64,000 bases of DNA from Epithemia pelagica (Eukaryota; Protista; Bacillariophyta): the NCBI GenBank assembly GCA_946965045.2, contig OX337238.1, positions 2,976,001-3,040,000 on the forward strand, read 5' to 3'. The translations under genes were made by a program, and so were the position numbers. Below the pieces are notes generated by a model. The model saw only the letters and a list, made by a program, of their open reading frames with translations, had not been told where the DNA came from and did not search any database. The first letter of the stretch is position 1. Each line of letters starts with the position of its first letter. This document shows positions 47,839 to 60,432 of the stretch, one piece after another.

Positions 47839-49044
47839 ATGACACTGCAACAGCAAGCAAAGCAATCCGGGTTTTGCTTTCTGGACATCGACAATTATAG
47901 TTAGGCGCCGCAATGGAATACCAATGACTGGCCTCCCCTTTTGGGCGGGTGGCGTTATTCGCATGCATCGGTTGTGCTCAATCATCCCGAACAGGATAAC
48001 AATGCACAGACGGTTGTTGTTTTGGGAGGAAACAAACAAAATCAAGGCTTCACCAACTCAGTTCTGCTATTGCATTTGACAGAAGAAAACAAGTATTGGC
48101 GGGAAGGACCGTCTTTGAACGACAAGAGACGCTCACATGCTGCGGTGGTTTGTAGCGGAGGAGTTTACGTGCTCGGAGGACACAACGGAAGTTCACGATT
48201 GGATAAAATCGAACGGATTGATGTTGCAAATTTGTGTTCACAATCAATTGAAAGCTCTACCAGCAACCAATGGACGACCCTGACTTGTCGATTGTCCACG
48301 AGATGTAATGGATGTTCGGCTGTTGCCGTGCACAATCGCTATATTGTGGTGATCGGTGGATCCAATAGAGACCCTTTGTCGACGGTTGACATAATCGATA
48401 CAGCTGTGCCAAGCAACCACGCTGTTATTGCAGGGCCATCGATGACAGTTCCTCGTTGTGGTTGTGCAAGTGCTGTCATTGGTGATCGCATTTTTGCTGT
48501 CGGGGGCGACAATTGGCACAATGAAGAAGTGCTCCAATCAGTGGAGTATTTGGAGATTCCTGATCCTTCAGGCAATGAGACACTGAACACAGCAAGTGCA
48601 GTGTTTCCATCCTCACGCCGTTGGACGAGTCACAACGAGGTCAATCTTTCCATCAATCGGTGTTTTCATGCAATTGTAGCTGTTGGATCATGTCTTATTG
48701 TGATGGGAGGTATCTTCGCCCCGGAGACTGTTGAAGTCTTGGATTCTCGACGAAACACGTTGTGGACCTTTCCCCAATTAACAGGGTCACGTTTTTCATG
48801 CACTGCTGTGGTTCACTCGAATGGAATTGCAGTGATTGGTGGAAGTGACAATGCTTCTTGTGCGACACTATCGTTGAGTGATAAGAATACGTGGTGTTTT
48901 CGTCGACTCACTGAGCAGGTGCCGAGTACAATCTTTGGGACCAAAACAGACGCACTGCCATCTGCTCTGGAAGCAACTACAGCATTGAAGGAGTGTTATG
49001 AGCGCCCTAAGAAGATGTTATCAACTGGCAAAACTGAGACGTAA
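47839..49044 (+). pseudogene. Kelch paralogue K9 with a nonsense codon (GAG>TAG, 47902-47904)
   Basis: First ATG mutated to ACG (47833); TAG at codon 22 from the ATG at 47839; rest of the frame open; upstream hairpin deleted. Confidence 0.85.
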
Positions 49045-50916
49045 AACGTGTTAATTGAGAAATACAAGTACTAGTAGTAAAACACAGTGATGCAAATTGT
49101 TGTTTTCTGCGCCGTCCTCTCCTCGTGTTGGCAAAAAAGTGGTAGTGGTGTATGGCCTGAAGCTACCCTTGGCTTTTGTTGCAACGATATCCGTTTTTGA
49201 ACTCGGCCCCTACATTGCATGGCAAAAATCACCACATAAATGGAAAGGAAATGCTCATCCTTTCCATGTTTTGCTGCTGCTCAATTCGGTTTGCGCAAAT
49301 AAGCAATCGTAGAACTTTCTGCGTTCCTTGTCACTCTCCAACAAAATCCTGAACACTTTTCTCAAGACTCATTGTAAAAGGGAGATTGGATATTCCAGAA
49401 TGGCAACTGGCACCCAAGTTGGCCGTTGTAAATGCACTGCCACGACTGACCCTTGCCGTGATGCAAGTCGTGAACAAACCGAGTTGCCCTGCGTGAGACA
49501 TAGGATGCCTCCAGTTGTCGCCTTGATGAACTAGGGTTGGTGACCCCACTCTTCAACTCCATGTGACAAAAGATCGTCCTGGCAATTCGCATGGGACCAA
49601 GCCGAGAACCGTTGGTCTTTTTGAATCAAGGGGCCTTTCAGGCATGTCAATACGTGGAACGAGAGGTGAACCACACGTCAGTGCTTGTAGGGGCGGGCAG
49701 TCGAGAACAACACCAAGGCATCGTTTTCCCGAATTCGAGCAACCAGACAGAGTGTCCAAACACTTTTATGTGTTGACCTATTGACACGACGCCACCAACG
49801 CCACGATACGTTGTCCTGGTCGAATTCAAGCCTGGGAAAGTATAGAGACCCGAAACTTGGGGGGGGGGGGGGGGTTCTAAAGGCGTCATGGTGAAGAGTC
49901 GTGTAGGTGAACAGATGCTGGATTCATGAAGTGGTCTGTCTATTTGGGAATGGAAGGCACCAATGACCAATGAGGGTATTGTTGTGTGCTGTTCGTATAC
50001 TTGGTGGCCGTCAATTTGGAGCGATTCGAGGCGCACTGGTCAAACACGACATCAAACTACAAAAGAATCAAACAACACTTAATGAGAGAGTACATTCCAC
50101 AACCAAACCACCGAACCGTGAATTGGATTTCTTGGCCGTACCTATCGACAAGAGCAACACCAAACAGGGGGACGATGTGAAAGGGAGAAAATGACTCTGT
50201 GAACGAGTCTCCGTGGAAGCAACCCATTACGAGTGTCGAGAATGTACGCCAGAGACGAGACTGTTCGAGTATACTTCTCTGTTCGTTTTGGTCCTCTTCC
50301 AGCTCCCATTCATTGTGGTCTGTGCACAATCAGCAAAAATTGTAACCACCATTATACCATCACAACGAGAGACCAACGAAGTCCACAAACATCAAGTGAC
50401 TGGAATTCAGTGGTCATTTTGTTATTGTGTCGCCGCCTTTCGACATTCCACTCATGGTTCATCATTCCGTCTCTATGATCTCTTCAAAGAAAAAACAAGA
50501 TTCCCGTAAAAACTCGAAAATTGTCTTGGAATCCGTGCGACTGATCATTCGTTCTCGCGGGATTCAAACCGAAGCTTTTGAAAAATCGAGACCAAACGAC
50601 AGAAAGAAGACTCTTGCTGTCAACCACAAGTCCATGTCGTCGAAGCCTTTGATGCTTTGTTGTGATGGTCTTCCAGAGTAAAGAAAGATTCCCGGTCCCT
50701 TTATTATGGGTATTTGCCCTGAGGTATTTGTGCCGGTTGCATCTATATGATTCTTCGTGTCGTTTCCCCAGGTCCGCTGCCAATTTCAAGTGATCTCGAA
50801 AGGAGGTTCGAAGGTCTTCAAGGTTACAGATAGGCCACGCGTTCTTCGAAATTGGATTGTCAGCGCGTTCGTGGAATCTCTGGTTTTGAGCCCGGGTCGC
50901 TGTTTCTGTTTTTCGT

Positions 50917-51032
50917 GGATGGTTTTGGACCCGTTTATCTGTCCAAGGCCATCCATCCGATGAATGATTGAAATCGCCGCTGTGGAGGTGCGTCCGTCGC
51001 TGCTACCGTCTTTCGTACCGGTTTTGGTGTGA
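50917..51032 (+). promoter_or_regulatory. Kelch leader: hairpin plus 22-codon uORF (50964-51032)
   Basis: MIEIAAVEVRPSLLPSFVPVLV* with several synonymous differences from other copies. Confidence 0.5.
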
Positions 51033-51146
51033 AAGGTCCAAAATATTCAGTCCATATCGTTCGGAGTCCATTTTCGTATTTTTTCGAGGAGAAAGACAAA
51101 GCTCTGAGGTCCATTCCTTGGTGTTGTTATAAAATCTCAAAGTATC

Positions 51147-52361
51147 ATGATGACAACACTGAAACAGCAAGCAGAACAATCCGGGCTTTGCTTTCTGGAC
51201 ATCGACAATTATAGTGAGGCGCCGCAATTGAATACCAATGACTGGCCTCCCCTTTTGGGTGGGTGGCGTTATTCGCATGCATCGGTTGTGCTCAATCATC
51301 CCGAACAGGATAACAATGCACAGACGGTTGTTGTTTTGGGAGGAAACAAACAAAATCAAGGCTTCACCAACTCAGTTCTGCTATTGCATTTGACAGAAGA
51401 AAACAAGTATTGGCGGGAAGGACCGCCGTTGAACAACAACCGAGGCAGTCATGCTGCAGTGGTTTGTCGCGGAGGAGTTTACGTGATCGGAGGATGCAAT
51501 CGAAGTTCATGCTTGGATAGTATCGAACGGATTGATGTTCAAAAGTTGTGTTCAGGGACAGCGGTACGCACCACCAGCAACCAATGGACAACCTTGAATT
51601 GTCGATTGTCCACGGCAAGAGATGGATGTTCGGCCGTTACTATCTACAATCGTTATATTGTCGTCATTGGTGGATGCAATCGAATCGGATACAATTTTTC
51701 GACGGTTGATATAATCGATACAGCTGTGCTAAGCAACCACACTGTGATTGTGGGACCACCCATGACAGTTCCTCGGTGTGGTTGTGCTAGTGCTGTCATT
51801 GGTAATCGTATTTTTGCTGTTGGAGGCCACAATGGAGCAGATATCGAGTCAGTAGAGTATTTGGAAATGCATGATCCTTCAGGCATTGAGACAATGGACA
51901 CAGCAAGTGCAGTGTTTCCATCCTCATGCCGTTGGACAGTTCATGGCCAACTCAATCTTTCCATGCGACGGAATCATCATGCAGTTGTAGCTGTTGGATC
52001 ATGTCTGATTGTGATGGGAGGTTCCTTAGTAGCGGACACTGTTGAAGTCTTGGATACTCGACGAAACACTGTGTGGAGCTATCCCCGATCATCAGGGCTG
52101 CGTTGTATCTTCAGGAGCGCTGTGGTTCACTCGAGGGGAATTGCTGTGATTAGTGGATATGACAGTCCTTCTTGTGCGACACTCTCCTTGGTTGACAAGA
52201 ATACGTGGTGTTTTCGTCGACTCACTGAGCAGGTGCCAAGAAGTATAATCTTTGGGACAAGAACAGACGGACTGGAATCTAGTCCAGGGCCTACTTTAGC
52301 ATTGAAGGAGTCTGGTGAGCGCTCTGAGAAGAAGTTATCAACAAGCATAATCGAGACATAG
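51147..52361 (+). CDS. Kelch paralogue K10 (404 aa)
   Basis: Six Kelch blades; intact ORF. Confidence 0.9.
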   Translation: MMTTLKQQAEQSGLCFLDIDNYSEAPQLNTNDWPPLLGGWRYSHASVVLNHPEQDNNAQTVVVLGGNKQNQGFTNSVLLLHLTEENKYWREGPPLNNNRGSHAAVVCRGGVYVIGGCNRSSCLDSIERIDVQKLCSGTAVRTTSNQWTTLNCRLSTARDGCSAVTIYNRYIVVIGGCNRIGYNFSTVDIIDTAVLSNHTVIVGPPMTVPRCGCASAVIGNRIFAVGGHNGADIESVEYLEMHDPSGIETMDTASAVFPSSCRWTVHGQLNLSMRRNHHAVVAVGSCLIVMGGSLVADTVEVLDTRRNTVWSYPRSSGLRCIFRSAVVHSRGIAVISGYDSPSCATLSLVDKNTWCFRRLTEQVPRSIIFGTRTDGLESSPGPTLALKESGERSEKKLSTSIIET

Positions 52362-52747
52362 AAAGTGTCAATTGAGAAATATAAATACGACTTTCGGCTG
52401 TTGTCATCCCCATGTCCGGCTCGTCATTGCGCAGAGTTTCTGGTATCTTTCTTTGACCAGGCGCGATCGGAATGGACTTCAGCTCCTCGGACCGGGGATA
52501 GCGTATACACATAGCTTTAAAATTCAAAGAGGGTCTTCGCTCTCAATGATATCAACTATTCTATCTATAGTCTCACTCATTCGTATGATATCATAAATCC
52601 AACGATTTTGTGTGTGGTCGTCATTGATAAATTACTGCCGCCGCTTTGGGGCTCGTCTCTGCTGCTGCTTGGGATCATTTCCAAACGAAAAAACGATGTG
52701 TCTTCCCGCTCGACTCTATGGATTCCACAACAGTCACCCCATCACAG

Positions 52748-54277
52748 TTATACAAAAAGTTCCATGTACGGGTGCATGTCGAGCATGCGATTCGGATCTT
52801 GTGCGGTTTGTGGTTGCAGCAGGAATACGGGACGTTGGTAGTACGACGATTGGGTCGTCCATTGCAACAAGCACGCAAAGAGTTGGGATAGTTGATCCGT
52901 CAAACCAAGGCAATGGCAAACCTTGTTGGATTGCACTCGTGTGGTTCGACTACTGGTGACACCACCACCCACAAGGATGAGTCCATGGTCCTTGAGGTAT
53001 ACCATGCCACATCCTTGTCGGGGGACCCGCAGTTGTGGTGCCGTCCACACTTGGTTTCGTTTCGTATCCCAAATTTGGATCCGATTCGATTCCTGGTCGC
53101 CACTCCATGCGCCTCCTGCCATGACCAAACAGCATCCTACTCGTACAACGGTAGCATTGCATCGATTCGCCATTCTTGTTTGGAGAACCAGGTCTGTCTG
53201 CTTGTTGTGCTGGATCCACGAGGAGGAACTGGAAAAGGTTGGCATTATGGATGGAGTACTGAGAAATCGAATACTCGTTTTCGTCGCTTTCGTACTGCTT
53301 GCAAGTAGGTTCGTTCGTTTCCTCTTTTTGCTTGACAAGTGCAGGGGTTGCGTAAAAGAAGAAGGAGGTGTTACAACCAGGGGGTCGGTCAGTTGCAGCG
53401 ATTACATGAAATTTTCTCCCACAACGTAAATCTGACGACCAACCGTAGCAATCCCACAACCAATGGGAGGCACATTCAAAAAGGGTCCAGCATACAGGAT
53501 TGGGCCATTGTTGTTGTTGTTGTTGTTGTTGCTGCTGCTGCAGGTATCAATCACATGGACCGACACCAGCCAGTCCCCTACAATGACAATGTACCGATCC
53601 TGAACGACGGTTGCCGCACATGCTGCTCGGGCAATGGGCAAGCGACAAAAGCGAGTCCATGCTGCTGTGGTGTTGGTGTGGTTGGTTTGTTCTTGTTCCG
53701 CGGTCGAGGAGGGAACGTTGGTGTCTTGTCGTCGTTCCAACATGGACCACAAGGAAGTGATTTTGTGTCGTTCCACGCAATGCAGACTCAAGTTCCGGTG
53801 GTTTTGTCCCCCAATGGTGTACACATGGTCCTTGCAAACTACAGAGGCATGATGTTTCCGAGCCATGTCCATACGGGGACCACGTTGCCAATTCGTTTGT
53901 CCTGGTGTCCACATTAGGACGGAATTGGTGGTGAGGGTTTGTCGAGTGGGATGTACCACACCTCCCACAATCAGTATCATGGACTTGATGTCTTGGTCTT
54001 TTGATTTTGATGCCTCCTCTTCTTGCCCTGGTCCTGAGGAAGAAGTCGGATTCAAAGGCTGTGGAAGAACCACCGAGGCATGATACATTCTGCTCCTTGG
54101 CAAAGGTGGCACTGGACCAGTCTTCCATTCTGGACAGTCACTGTCAAATCGTAGTCCAGAGCTGCGTGCTTCCTCTTGTATGGTCTTGATGCTCCATGGG
54201 TTGTTGGGAGTTTCTTCCTCCAGGAACCGTGGACCTGTCGAGGAACGGTTCATGTTCGTTTGCAGTAGTGTCGTCAT
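52748..54277 (-). pseudogene. Divergent Kelch-repeat gene with one in-frame TAA (53402-53404)
   Basis: SRMYHASVV, ILIVGG, WQRGPRMDMARKHHASVVC..HVYTIGG, VVQDRYIVIVG, IYVVG. After the stop the same frame gives VGCCLVMAGG, IWDTKRNQVW and LILVGGG. Confidence 0.75.
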
Positions 54278-55012
54278 TGTTTTGTGACTGCTACTACTGC
54301 GCAAGTATCACCAGAACGACAAGGGAGACGAAGAGTGCTGTGATGCTTGTCGGGAGAGTTCCAGAAAAGGTCATTGCGAGGAGACAGGAATCGTCGCCAT
54401 GGATATGAAAATGGATGAGCACAGTAGAGATAAAACGGTGACTGACTGTGTGACCGTCAAAAATGGAAGAGAACTCTCGCCTGGCGCGGGAACGCCGGCA
54501 CTGTGGACTCTTGGAAGGACTCAGATAGGAACTGACAGAAAGTAATCAGAGTAGGTAGTACTCCTCAAGCTGCTCCTAGGTAGGCAAAGGAAGAAATTCA
54601 AGGTCCACGGCCTGTAGACGAATCCAAAGTCTTTACACCTGTCATGTATCGCTTTGCACCGACTGTAGCAAAAGTAGTTAGCCCTGTGGTCCCCATGGTT
54701 CGCCCCATCATGAATCCAACCTACCGAATCCATGTTGCAACCGAATCATTGAAACCTAGTGATACGGCATTCATCAAGCGGTTGTGCGTGTCGAATGGTA
54801 CCCAAGGCAAAGATGGCCACACTTGCATCACACTACAACTGGTGCCAACAACAAACGCATCGAACAAGTCTCATTTGAATGAGTCTATTATACTTTGGTA
54901 TTTTCACGGCTCTCTTGGTTTACAACGAACGGCTCTGTCGCAGCACAGACATGGATGGTCACTCGAATACCAATATCGGGATCCAAAGAAGAAGAGGATT
55001 CCTTTTGATACC

Positions 55013-55933
55013 TTATTTCTTTCCCTCGGAGCAATTCGGGATGGAAAGATTGGATTTGGCTTTTTTCGAAGGAGGAGGACCAGGAACAATTACATCCACA
55101 TGGGTGAGTGTTCCGTATTTCTCTATTTCATCGTCTGCTCCCAGAACCTTGACAACCAAGCGTGACTCTCCCCATTCCGTGCCGAGTCCCTGCCCTTGAA
55201 ACACTTGATCAACCTCGTTCCGAAAATCCTGGTCATTGGCATACGAAAAGGCACCATCGTCTCGAAATAGGAGCAGCATTTTTTCGAGGTTATGACGCAC
55301 AATTTCATCCTCACTATGCTCGTCATGTCCAAACACAAGACGGCTTCTCATCTGCGGATGTCCTTGAATGCTCGTCTCGTACGATTTCACCAATTCTTGG
55401 ACAACTTGGAGAATTCGCAAATACCGTTTGGCCCTTATTTTTGTTGGAATGTCTTGCACTTGCGATAGGTCCACGTTCACCGATGAGATACAATCTTGAT
55501 TTATCAAGCCTAGATAATCAAGTACTGGCAAGAGGCCTCGCAATTCTACTCCTCGCTCCGGAAGTGTGATCATGTTGCCGTTGGTAGTCTTGTTGCCGAC
55601 CTTGTGCTTTTTAGCAGCATCGTCATTGTCGTTGTTCTTGTTACTGATCTGGTTGTTCCGGGGATCGGTATACATGAGATCAATTGCTGGTATCATGGCA
55701 AAGGACCAGTCCTCTACATCCGTCATGTTTACTGCAATGGGATTTTCTTCCGTGGACCCATGCTCTGGATCAGTCTTCCATAAGTCCGATGCCATGGTAC
55801 TGAGTAAAGATTCCCGTTTTTGCTGGAGAGCTGTTTCGTCAAGTACCAGTCTGTCATTGTGAGATGCAGAGTTCGTGTCGTGATTGCCGTCACTATCATC
55901 GACAAACTGAAAGTGAACTTTTGCCGTCGTCAT
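55013..55933 (-). CDS. BTB/POZ-like domain protein, paralogue 1 (306 aa)
   Basis: RLVLDETAL...ESLLSTMAS..W, WSFAMIPAI..MY and LPERGVELRGLLPVLDYLGL fit a BTB/T1-type pattern. C-terminal PPPSKKAK; CCACCATG start. Confidence 0.6.
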   Translation of the reverse strand: MTTAKVHFQFVDDSDGNHDTNSASHNDRLVLDETALQQKRESLLSTMASDLWKTDPEHGSTEENPIAVNMTDVEDWSFAMIPAIDLMYTDPRNNQISNKNNDNDDAAKKHKVGNKTTNGNMITLPERGVELRGLLPVLDYLGLINQDCISSVNVDLSQVQDIPTKIRAKRYLRILQVVQELVKSYETSIQGHPQMRSRLVFGHDEHSEDEIVRHNLEKMLLLFRDDGAFSYANDQDFRNEVDQVFQGQGLGTEWGESRLVVKVLGADDEIEKYGTLTHVDVIVPGPPPSKKAKSNLSIPNCSEGKK

Positions 55934-56764
55934 GGTGGTAGGCAACCTCAGCAAAGAATCGTGAAAAAAGTATGCACTTGTCTACCTTGGGTGCGAAGCA
56001 AATCACATTCCAACTCGATGCGTTGATTCACTGATCGAAATGGACAGAAGGTTCGCCACGAAAGTTAATTTGTCGAGACATCTTTCACGCAAAACATGAT
56101 GGGATTCGACACATGCGGTTGAAGGCATGAGAAGATTTGATAGAGTAGGAAGTTATCGGTCTTGCGCAAGCCCCTGCGAGTGCGAGAGAACGCCACGAAA
56201 AATCGTGTAGCGCGACGAGAGCTCTCCTCACATTTCAGTCGCGTTCTGCGATTCGACGTCCACCCCATCCACAGAACGAAATACAGCGTAGTAGTAGTGC
56301 CATTATGCTTGTTAGACACAATCATTGACGGACAAGTCTACGAGGTGTTCTCTTCGGAATGGTCAATGGAATCCGTTCCCGCAACTATGGCTGTTTGAGG
56401 AGTTTGCCTTTCAGATCGTAAATTTCCTCTTGTAGATCCTGAACGGAACGGAACTTGCCATGATTGCGGAGTGACTCCTTGAATGGTAGCATCATTTCGA
56501 CCTTGGCGGCCTGCTGCAAAACGGTTACATCCTCACACTCATGGCTTGCTTGACAAACTGTATTCTAAGTATTCTTGATTTCTGTTTCAAGTTCTTCCTG
56601 ACACGAGAACATGTCCTATGCAACGAAGCAAAGTGCTGGTGAGAAAGGGAATTGGATCCTATCCAGTATAGTCAGTGAGTAACAACCGTACGTACCTACA
56701 GGTATACTTTCGCGTCTGTCCATCAACGTAAATGCATAGCTCGAGTCCTTTGGGTCTACACCAA

Positions 56765-57795
56765 TCAATGCAAAATGGACGCCATGCTATGGATATCGCG
56801 CTCGGTGTCCCAAACCTCGACCGAAATCAATCCCTTGGAGCCGTTGAGCCTTGCAACAGTAACAAGGCATGATCCTATTTTGGGAAACGCACAAGGATCT
56901 TGTTCTTTCGGACCCCAGGATCTCACAAAAGGTTCTGGGAGCCGAGAGAACAAGATCCTTGTGCGATCCCCAAGACCATACCGGAAATTTGTTTTTGATG
57001 ACGCGCTTAGGATCATCCATGTTTGTCTTGTTGCCTTCGTCATCATCATATTTGCTAGTCTTGTCCTCGGCAGTATCATTCATATCCATTAGGAATTACC
57101 GATATTCGACCGAACAATCCGTGGCATGTCCACGCTTATCCGAATCACCCACAACATGCCCACCGACACACGGTCCTGTCATTACAGTCTTGGCGACCGT
57201 GTCGATCATTTCCGTGTAGCCCAATCAATAATATCAGTCGTGTCCTCCCGCCACAACAATGTAACGATTGTGCACCACGGCAGCGGTACATCCAATTCTC
57301 CGTTCTCTCAACTCACAGTCCCTTACACCTTTCCATGCGGCTGGATCATGGTTGCAGTACGGCTTGAGGTCACAGGAGGTCACAGCACGTAAAGGTTTCC
57401 ATTACAAAGAACTGCCGCGTGGCCATTGGCATCTAAGGCTCGGCCTCTCTCTCCATTTCAGTCACTTTTGGTTCTGAACTCCTCCTCCTCCTGCTAGGTT
57501 CAAGAGAAGGACCGATTTGGTACAATTGGTATAGGCACCGAGCCAATCGACACGCTCTGCTTTTGCTAGTTCCACTTTTCCCAGGACGACAAGGACTATT
57601 TGTTGGCCAGTCTCAGTAGAATCATTCTTATCCTCCACGACAATGGATGCATGACCCGATCGTCCTCCTCCCAACAAGGGAGGCCATGGACTCGAAATCC
57701 ATTAGGGTGTTTGGTCCTCGTTTTCCGAATTGCGAAAGGCCAGTCCCAACAAGAGACCAACAAGAAAGTTTCGGTTTGGAGTGCAGGTAGTACCA
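56765..57795 (-). pseudogene. Heavily degraded Kelch pseudogene
   Basis: GLAF...WPPLLGGGRSGHASIVV, KSVLLLNLA, HAAVLCNGNLYVL, AVVHNRYIVVAGG and GSCLV...VEVWDTERD spread across several frames with stops. Confidence 0.75.
56878..56975 (+). other. 98-nt fold-back with 45-bp arms and an 8-nt loop
   Basis: Arms 56878-56922 and 56931-56975 are 37/45 identical as inverted repeats; 41/45 can pair on the + strand counting G.U. Confidence 0.85.
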
Positions 57796-59188
57796 TGGTC
57801 TGCAGCAGCAGCAAAAGTCTTTGGTAAAGACTACATTGCAAGTTGCAATGGGGGACCATGTCGACTCCTCCTGTGGGTCTTGTATGTTCGTATCGTCCCC
57901 GGAATAGACAAGACAGAATTCCTGTTTGGGTTTTGGGTGCCAATCCTCGCGCGTGACTCGCCGCCGTGCGACTGTCACGCGAGGGCGACCGTCTGACACT
58001 CCTGGCGCGCGTGACCTGACTCCCGAACTGACCGTGACTCAACCTTTTCGATCCCGTACTCCTTTTTCAGGCACTACAAGAAACATGTCGCGCTGGGGAC
58101 TTGACTACTGAGCCATCAAAATTTTCGCCAGTTGCAGGATACCTTCCAGCAGATTCTCCAGATCCATTTGGTGTATGCGTTGAAAAAGTTGGAATGCGGA
58201 AAGAGCAATGGCATATTGGAAATACTATGAGAATAATAAAAGAAGCTGAGAGTCGACAATACAAGAGGAGTGGTGAAGTGAAGAGGAGGAGCAGCTCTGA
58301 ACAAGAAAAAACTTTCAAGATATGATGAATGTTCGGCTCCCATCATCACCACCATGGTTTCCTACTAGAAGCAAGTACTATCGTCAATCTCGTCGGGGTC
58401 TTTGGTGTCGTGTGCAAAACACAAAGTGTCAACCATTTGCCGTCGTCGTCTTGGTCGGACCATTACTTGCATTCTTTGATTAGTTTGGAATGAGAGGACA
58501 GTGGATCTTGTAGTACTAAGGAACGATGGTACATCAACTTGATTACGTCTACAGCATATGATATTACAGTTCTTGCAAGTTCGATCGCATATCTTGAATT
58601 TGTCGACGGTGTTTCTACTGCAAAAGATGAAGTGCCTCCCCTGTGTCTCGTGACTTTTGTGGCCCTTCGATGGATTTGGAGCAGGTCGGTTCCGTCACGA
58701 TTTTCCTCTCTTCTTCGGATGCACTGATTCTTGGCCCATCGTTGTCCATCCCTGGAGTAGCAGTGGACGTTGATGCGTCTTTGGTGAGACCGATCCCGTG
58801 TCAGGCCCCGCGACCAAAAAGGATTCATCTGTCACGGGCCAAAAGATCCATATCCTGTTCGTCGTTGTGGCAAAAGAACCATGACAAAAAGACTACGAAC
58901 GACGGCCAACACACATTTGCACACGTTTTCATTGGGTGGGTCAAGAATCATCCTAGAGAGTGACGGCAATATGATCGTAATGGCAGCACTCCCGACACAC
59001 CAACAACTCACTCGATGCATCCTCTGAGCATTCTAGCATGGCCCAAAACCAAACGAGAATGATACTTTTTTCCAGATCTAGGCGTCGAATTGAGCCATTT
59101 TCTCGTGCCACAATGTGTGGAGAGAACGATCTAGGAGGGTTATTAATTCATCATCATCATCATCATCACACCGAGAGACAACAAAAAC

Positions 59189-59189
<1 letters not shown>

Positions 59190-59267
<78 letters not shown>
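59190..59267. repeat. (TC)n microsatellite, ~39 units
   Basis: Seen directly; a shorter (TC)n lies at ~37495-37521. Confidence 0.95.
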
Positions 59268-59270
<3 letters not shown>

Positions 59271-60432
59271 TATTCTCCGACAACACAATGTGGACATGTA
59301 GAGTACAAGCCAATTTGTTCTCACGAAGAAAAAAGGGTCCATCACCGGCGGTATTCATTAATATTATTGTCGAATTTTTCTCCAAGTCGGCTGCCTGAGA
59401 CATGCGTACGAGACGGCATAGGAGAATGTGATGATTTGTGTACCACAAATTTTCGGCAGTACACAACCACCCCCAAACTCTATGATGAGAATGCCCTTTT
59501 CCCCTCCAATACTCCACAATGAACGACCAGGAGTTGCGGAACAAGAGGTGATGAACATTCGAGTGGTTCTGCACAGCTCAGGGACGACTGGACACGTCAT
59601 GGGGAGAGTCATGCCTGTGATTGTCCACGTTACTGGAGGAAACCATGAAAAAGAAGGACACTATAAAATATGAGACACTCACACCCATGACGTGTATGTG
59701 ATTGCTTCAAAAACCAGCCAAATGAAATCATTTCATCTCCTGAAGAATCGTTTCGAGTGAATGTAGTAAGGGTTTGGAATAAAATCCATTTCTCCTCAGA
59801 GTTGCGATAGTGTGAGAGAGTCAGTGACCATGCATGTCTATCCGCTCTTTGGAAACCAAGAAGGGGGTTATGTACTACCCATTCAAATGAGACTCGTTTC
59901 CTCTGTGCTTGTTCTTGTCGGTACCTACGTTGGAGTTGGTACAAGTGTCACAAACGCTCTTGTTTGAAATTCGGCAGAGTTTTGGGTGCAATGTCACTCT
60001 CGGGTTTCTTCTCTATGAGATCCATATTCCATTGTCTTTCAACAGTGAGACGGTGCAAGAAAAGACTGTTTGGTTGCGATGCTGATGTAGGTTGCAAAAC
60101 AGCCAGAAGGAATCTGAAAAGGGCCTCGCGACTGCAACAAACAAACACTACTACCGATACAGTGATCGATGGTTTTGGACCCATTCATCGGTCCAAGGTC
60201 ATCCAAGGATACCGTGATTGAAATCGCCACCGTGGAGGTCCGTCCGTTGTTTCTGCCCTCTTTCGTTCCGGTTTTGGTGTGCAAGGTCCATAATATTCAG
60301 TCCATCCGTTGATTCCTCGTCTATGCGTCTTTCAAGGCCTGCGGAGTCAACAACAGGGGTTTTGCGGTTTTGGGGGAAAAGACGAAGCTCTGAGGTCTAT
60401 TCCGTGTTGTTGTCATAAAATCTGAAAGTACC

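Noticed and set aside
54644-55165. 173-aa + strand ORF
   Set aside because: Overlaps the BTB-like gene end in antisense, has no motif, and has no counterpart beside the second paralogue.
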